From an uncultured Actinomycetes bacterium (GTDB lineage Bacteria; Actinomycetota; Actinomycetes; S36-B12; CAIYMF01), in NCBI GenBank assembly GCA_963843975.1, contig CAWJMG010000001.1:90001-122000 (forward strand): a stretch of 32,000 bases of DNA, given 5' to 3'. Under the pieces are notes generated by a model that saw nothing but the letters and a program-made list of their open reading frames with translations, did not search any database and was not told the DNA's origin. Shown one piece after another: positions 29,825 to 32,000 of the stretch (position 1 is its first letter; the number at the start of each line of letters is the position of its first letter). The translations under genes were made by a program, and so were the position numbers.

Positions 29825-30040
29825 CTAGGCGTCGGCCTTCTTGCCGAAACGCTTCTCGAACTTGGCGACGCGGCCGCCGGTGTCGAGGATCTTCTGCTTG
29901 CCCGTGTAGAACGGGTGGCACTGGCTGCAGACCTCGGCGTTGATGACGCCGTTCTTGGCGGTGCTGCGCGTGGTGAACGTGGACCCGCAGGCGCAGTGCA
30001 CCGTGGTCTCGCCGTACGCCGGGTGGATGTCGGCCTTCAT
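29825..30040 (-). CDS. rpmE: 50S ribosomal protein L31 (Zn-binding type A)
   Basis: Track ORF 29825..30196, trimmed to ATG 30040 ([22 protein letters not shown]...[14 protein letters not shown]) with AAGGAGA upstream. Confidence 0.95.
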   Translation of the reverse strand: MKADIHPAYGETTVHCACGSTFTTRSTAKNGVINAEVCSQCHPFYTGKQKILDTGGRVAKFEKRFGKKADA

Positions 30041-30227
30041 GTCTGTCTCCTTGGTCGTGGCCGGGTCGTGCTCGCCGAGGCGGCACGTGAACCGGACACC
30101 GTGAGTGGGACTGCACCGACCGGAAGCCGGGGTACCAGCAGGCAAGTGTGCCACCCGATCGACGCACCCTCCAAACCGGCGACCCCTGCCCCGCATTCCC
30201 CAGGAGGGATCAGCGCAGGTCAGGGGC

Positions 30228-31121
30228 TCAGCGGGCGATGTACGCCTGGCGGATCTGGGCGGCGGTGAGCACCACGTTGTGCACGGAGATCTCGTCGAGC
30301 GAGCCGCCGGTGTACGGGCGGTTCTGGGCGGTGGCGGAGTTGGTGGTGGGGTTGTTCGTGCCCGTCCAGCTGCCGCCCCAGCCCGCGAGGTTGCCGCAGC
30401 CTGCGCGCCACCAGCCGGTGGTCGCCTCCCCCGCGTTGTTGGCGTCCGTCGCCACGAGGGCGCCGTCGACGTACAGCGCCATGCCCGTGGCGCCGAGCGT
30501 CGCCGCCGCCATGTGCCACTGGCCGTCGGTGTAGTCCGTGGCGGTGCCGCTGCCGATGGTGAAGTAGTTGTTGTTGTAGACGCCGAACCACACCTGGCCG
30601 TTGCCGTCGACGTACAGGTGGCGGTCGTAGGTGCCGCCGCCGCCCGCGGGCGACACGCCCGTGCGGGGTGCTTCGAAGCCGATCAGCTTGCCGTTCGCCG
30701 TTCCCGTGCCCATGAACCAGGCGATCACGGTGACCGAGGTGGGTGCGTTGATCGCCGTCGTGCTGGTGGTGTTGATGCACGCGTTGGCGCTGTTGAGCGT
30801 CACGCCGGTGTCCGGGGTGTCGGTCAGGAACGCGCCGTTGACGCCGCGGGTGAAGTTCGCGGCGTTGGCGTTGGGCGAGTACGTGCCGGTGCGGCCGTTG
30901 CCGGTGGCATCGGCCGCGGTGGTCGGGGTCGTCCCTGTCTCGTCCAGCTTCCAGTAGAGGTACGGCGTGTAGCCGGTGATGGTGGTCGTGTAGCTCCAGT
31001 TCGGGACCGTGAACGCGTTGGCGGTGTTCCTCGTCGTCGCGGAGAACGCGGCGGCCGTCGAGGTGGGCACGAGCAGACCCGCGAGCATGAGGACGAGCAG
31101 CGCGCCGCGGCGGCGCAGCAT
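30228..31121 (-). CDS. secreted LamG / concanavalin-A-like lectin domain protein with a SipW-type (TasA-like) signal peptide
   Basis: 297 aa. The N-terminus is [39 protein letters not shown]. The C-terminal LamG_3-type ending is [22 protein letters not shown]. Coding-type GC3 continues upstream of this ATG (see findings). Confidence 0.75.
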   Translation of the reverse strand: MLRRRGALLVLMLAGLLVPTSTAAAFSATTRNTANAFTVPNWSYTTTITGYTPYLYWKLDETGTTPTTAADATGNGRTGTYSPNANAANFTRGVNGAFLTDTPDTGVTLNSANACINTTSTTAINAPTSVTVIAWFMGTGTANGKLIGFEAPRTGVSPAGGGGTYDRHLYVDGNGQVWFGVYNNNYFTIGSGTATDYTDGQWHMAAATLGATGMALYVDGALVATDANNAGEATTGWWRAGCGNLAGWGGSWTGTNNPTTNSATAQNRPYTGGSLDEISVHNVVLTAAQIRQAYIAR

Positions 31122-31235
31122 CGAGAGGGTGCTCTGGCGACGCAGGCCCGGGTCGAGCGGCTTGCTGGCGGCGACGTCGAGGCCGCTGCCAGTTCCGAGG
31201 CGGCTGGGCAGCGGGAGCAGCTTCGCCCCCGGGGC

Positions 31236-31842
31236 CGTCCGGACCGTCGCCGTCGGCGCCCTCGACGTCCTCGGGCTCCTCGTCGTCGCGGTCGCGGCCG
31301 ACGAGGTACGACGCGACGACCAGGCTCAGCAGGAACAGGCCCAGCAGGAACCACTGGCCGGTGTGCATCCACACCATGGGCAGACCCGCGAACGTGACGA
31401 GCAGCCGGCCCAGGCCGCGGACGTCCTCGACCTTCAGCGGCGCGGTGTCGGCGTTCGGGTTGGCGTCGCCCTTGGTGGTCATCGTGCCGTCGTCGTTCAG
31501 GGCGATGACGCGGTGGGTCTTCGTGCTGCCGGGGCGCTCGGCGTCGTTGAAGACGGCGACGCGGCCGAGCAGGACGGTGGGGTCGGTCTCCGGCGCGGCG
31601 AGCACGATGTCGCCGACGTCGATGCGCGGCTGCATCGAGCCGCTCTCCACGACGAACGGGCGCCAGCCGATGACCATCGGCAGCAGCGTGACGAGCAGGC
31701 AGCCGGCGACGAACCACAGCCACGTGCGCGCCACGAGCGCGGCCAGGAACAGGCCGGTCGAGGAGCGGTGGAGCGGCTCCGTGCCCGGGGTCGACGCGGT
31801 GGCGTCGCCCTCGGGCTGCGGTGCCGCGGCCGTGGCGGCCAT
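31236..31842 (-). CDS. signal peptidase I, S26B/SipW (archaeal-ER) type; 3' end undefined because no in-frame stop exists before 30220
   Basis: ATG 31842 has AGGAGGA upstream. It has an N-terminal TM, the catalytic Ser in VVESGSMQPRIDVGD, the His in KTHRVIAL, TKGDANPNAD, and a C-terminal TM WFLLGLFLLSLVVASYLV. The as-written frame loses coding character after ...GADGDGPDGPG at about 31235. Confidence 0.75.
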
Positions 31843-31961
31843 GTCGGTCCTCCTGCGCAGGTTCCCCGTGCGTGGGTCGGTGGTGCAGATCGTTCGAGGC
31901 GTTCCGTCGTCCACGGCACCGCCCGGCCCCCACCGGACGGCCCCGTCGAGGACGGGAGCCG

Positions 31962-32000
31962 GTCGGTGTGCCCTGCGCCCCCCGCGCAGGGCACACCGAC
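31962..32000. repeat. perfect 16-17 bp inverted repeat at the window edge (GTCGGTGTGCCCTGCG-cccccc-CGCAGGGCACACCGAC)
   Basis: Read directly from the sequence. It is probably the terminator of whatever gene lies beyond the right edge. It sits about 120 nt upstream of sipW. Confidence 0.4.

Noticed and set aside
24656-29828. Long plus-strand ORFs opposite wecA, glyA, tsaC, prmC and prfA: 24656..26401, 26864..27883, 28003..29073 and 28569..29828.
   Set aside because: The same antisense-shadow signature applies. Every one of them is covered by a minus-strand gene with strong family motifs.
30220-31235. The C-terminal ~340 codons of the 564-aa ORF 30220..31914, read as a genuine extension of the signal peptidase.
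   Set aside because: It is out of frame with, and fully overlaps, the LamG gene. Third-position GC drops and the sequence becomes an R/H/P/D-rich repeat. It is open only because no stop happens to occur.

Overview
This is a very GC-rich, actinobacterial-type chromosomal segment. It is almost entirely conserved housekeeping genes with tight operon packing, and it contains no tRNA, rRNA, CRISPR array, transposase or integrase.

Gene content, left to right:
- A tandem-module 3-hydroxyacyl-CoA dehydrogenase, partial at the left edge.
- nucS.
- A four-gene module: ABC-2 exporter plus DesK/LiaS-type kinase plus NarL-type regulator.
- A Vps62-like polytopic membrane protein.
- GNAT, USP, GNAT.
- A minus-strand operon of hbd, a fused B12-dependent acyl-CoA mutase and a histidine phosphatase.
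- A small membrane protein.
- murA, divergent from a PduO-type adenosyltransferase.
- A HIT-like protein.
- The classic block rpmE, prfA, prmC, tsaC/sua5, glyA, wecA, atpI, atpZ, atpBEFHAGDC, all on the minus strand.
- A SipW-type signal peptidase plus LamG-domain cargo pair at the right end.

Two things stand out:
1. Seven reading-frame breaks, each repaired by deleting exactly one base. All lie in the right half: pduO, atpC twice, atpA twice, glyA and sipW. None occurs in the ~15 kb of equally conserved genes to the left. The default explanation is insertion-type consensus error, but this needs checking against reads.
2. The sipW ORF has no stop codon in any frame before the LamG gene. Codon-position GC bias shows the LamG frame is already coding about 120 nt upstream of the LamG ATG. 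The repaired reading is therefore a single peptidase-plus-own-substrate polypeptide with a coherent membrane topology.

I see no convincing novel defence or mobile system. Most of the window is ordinary core genome.
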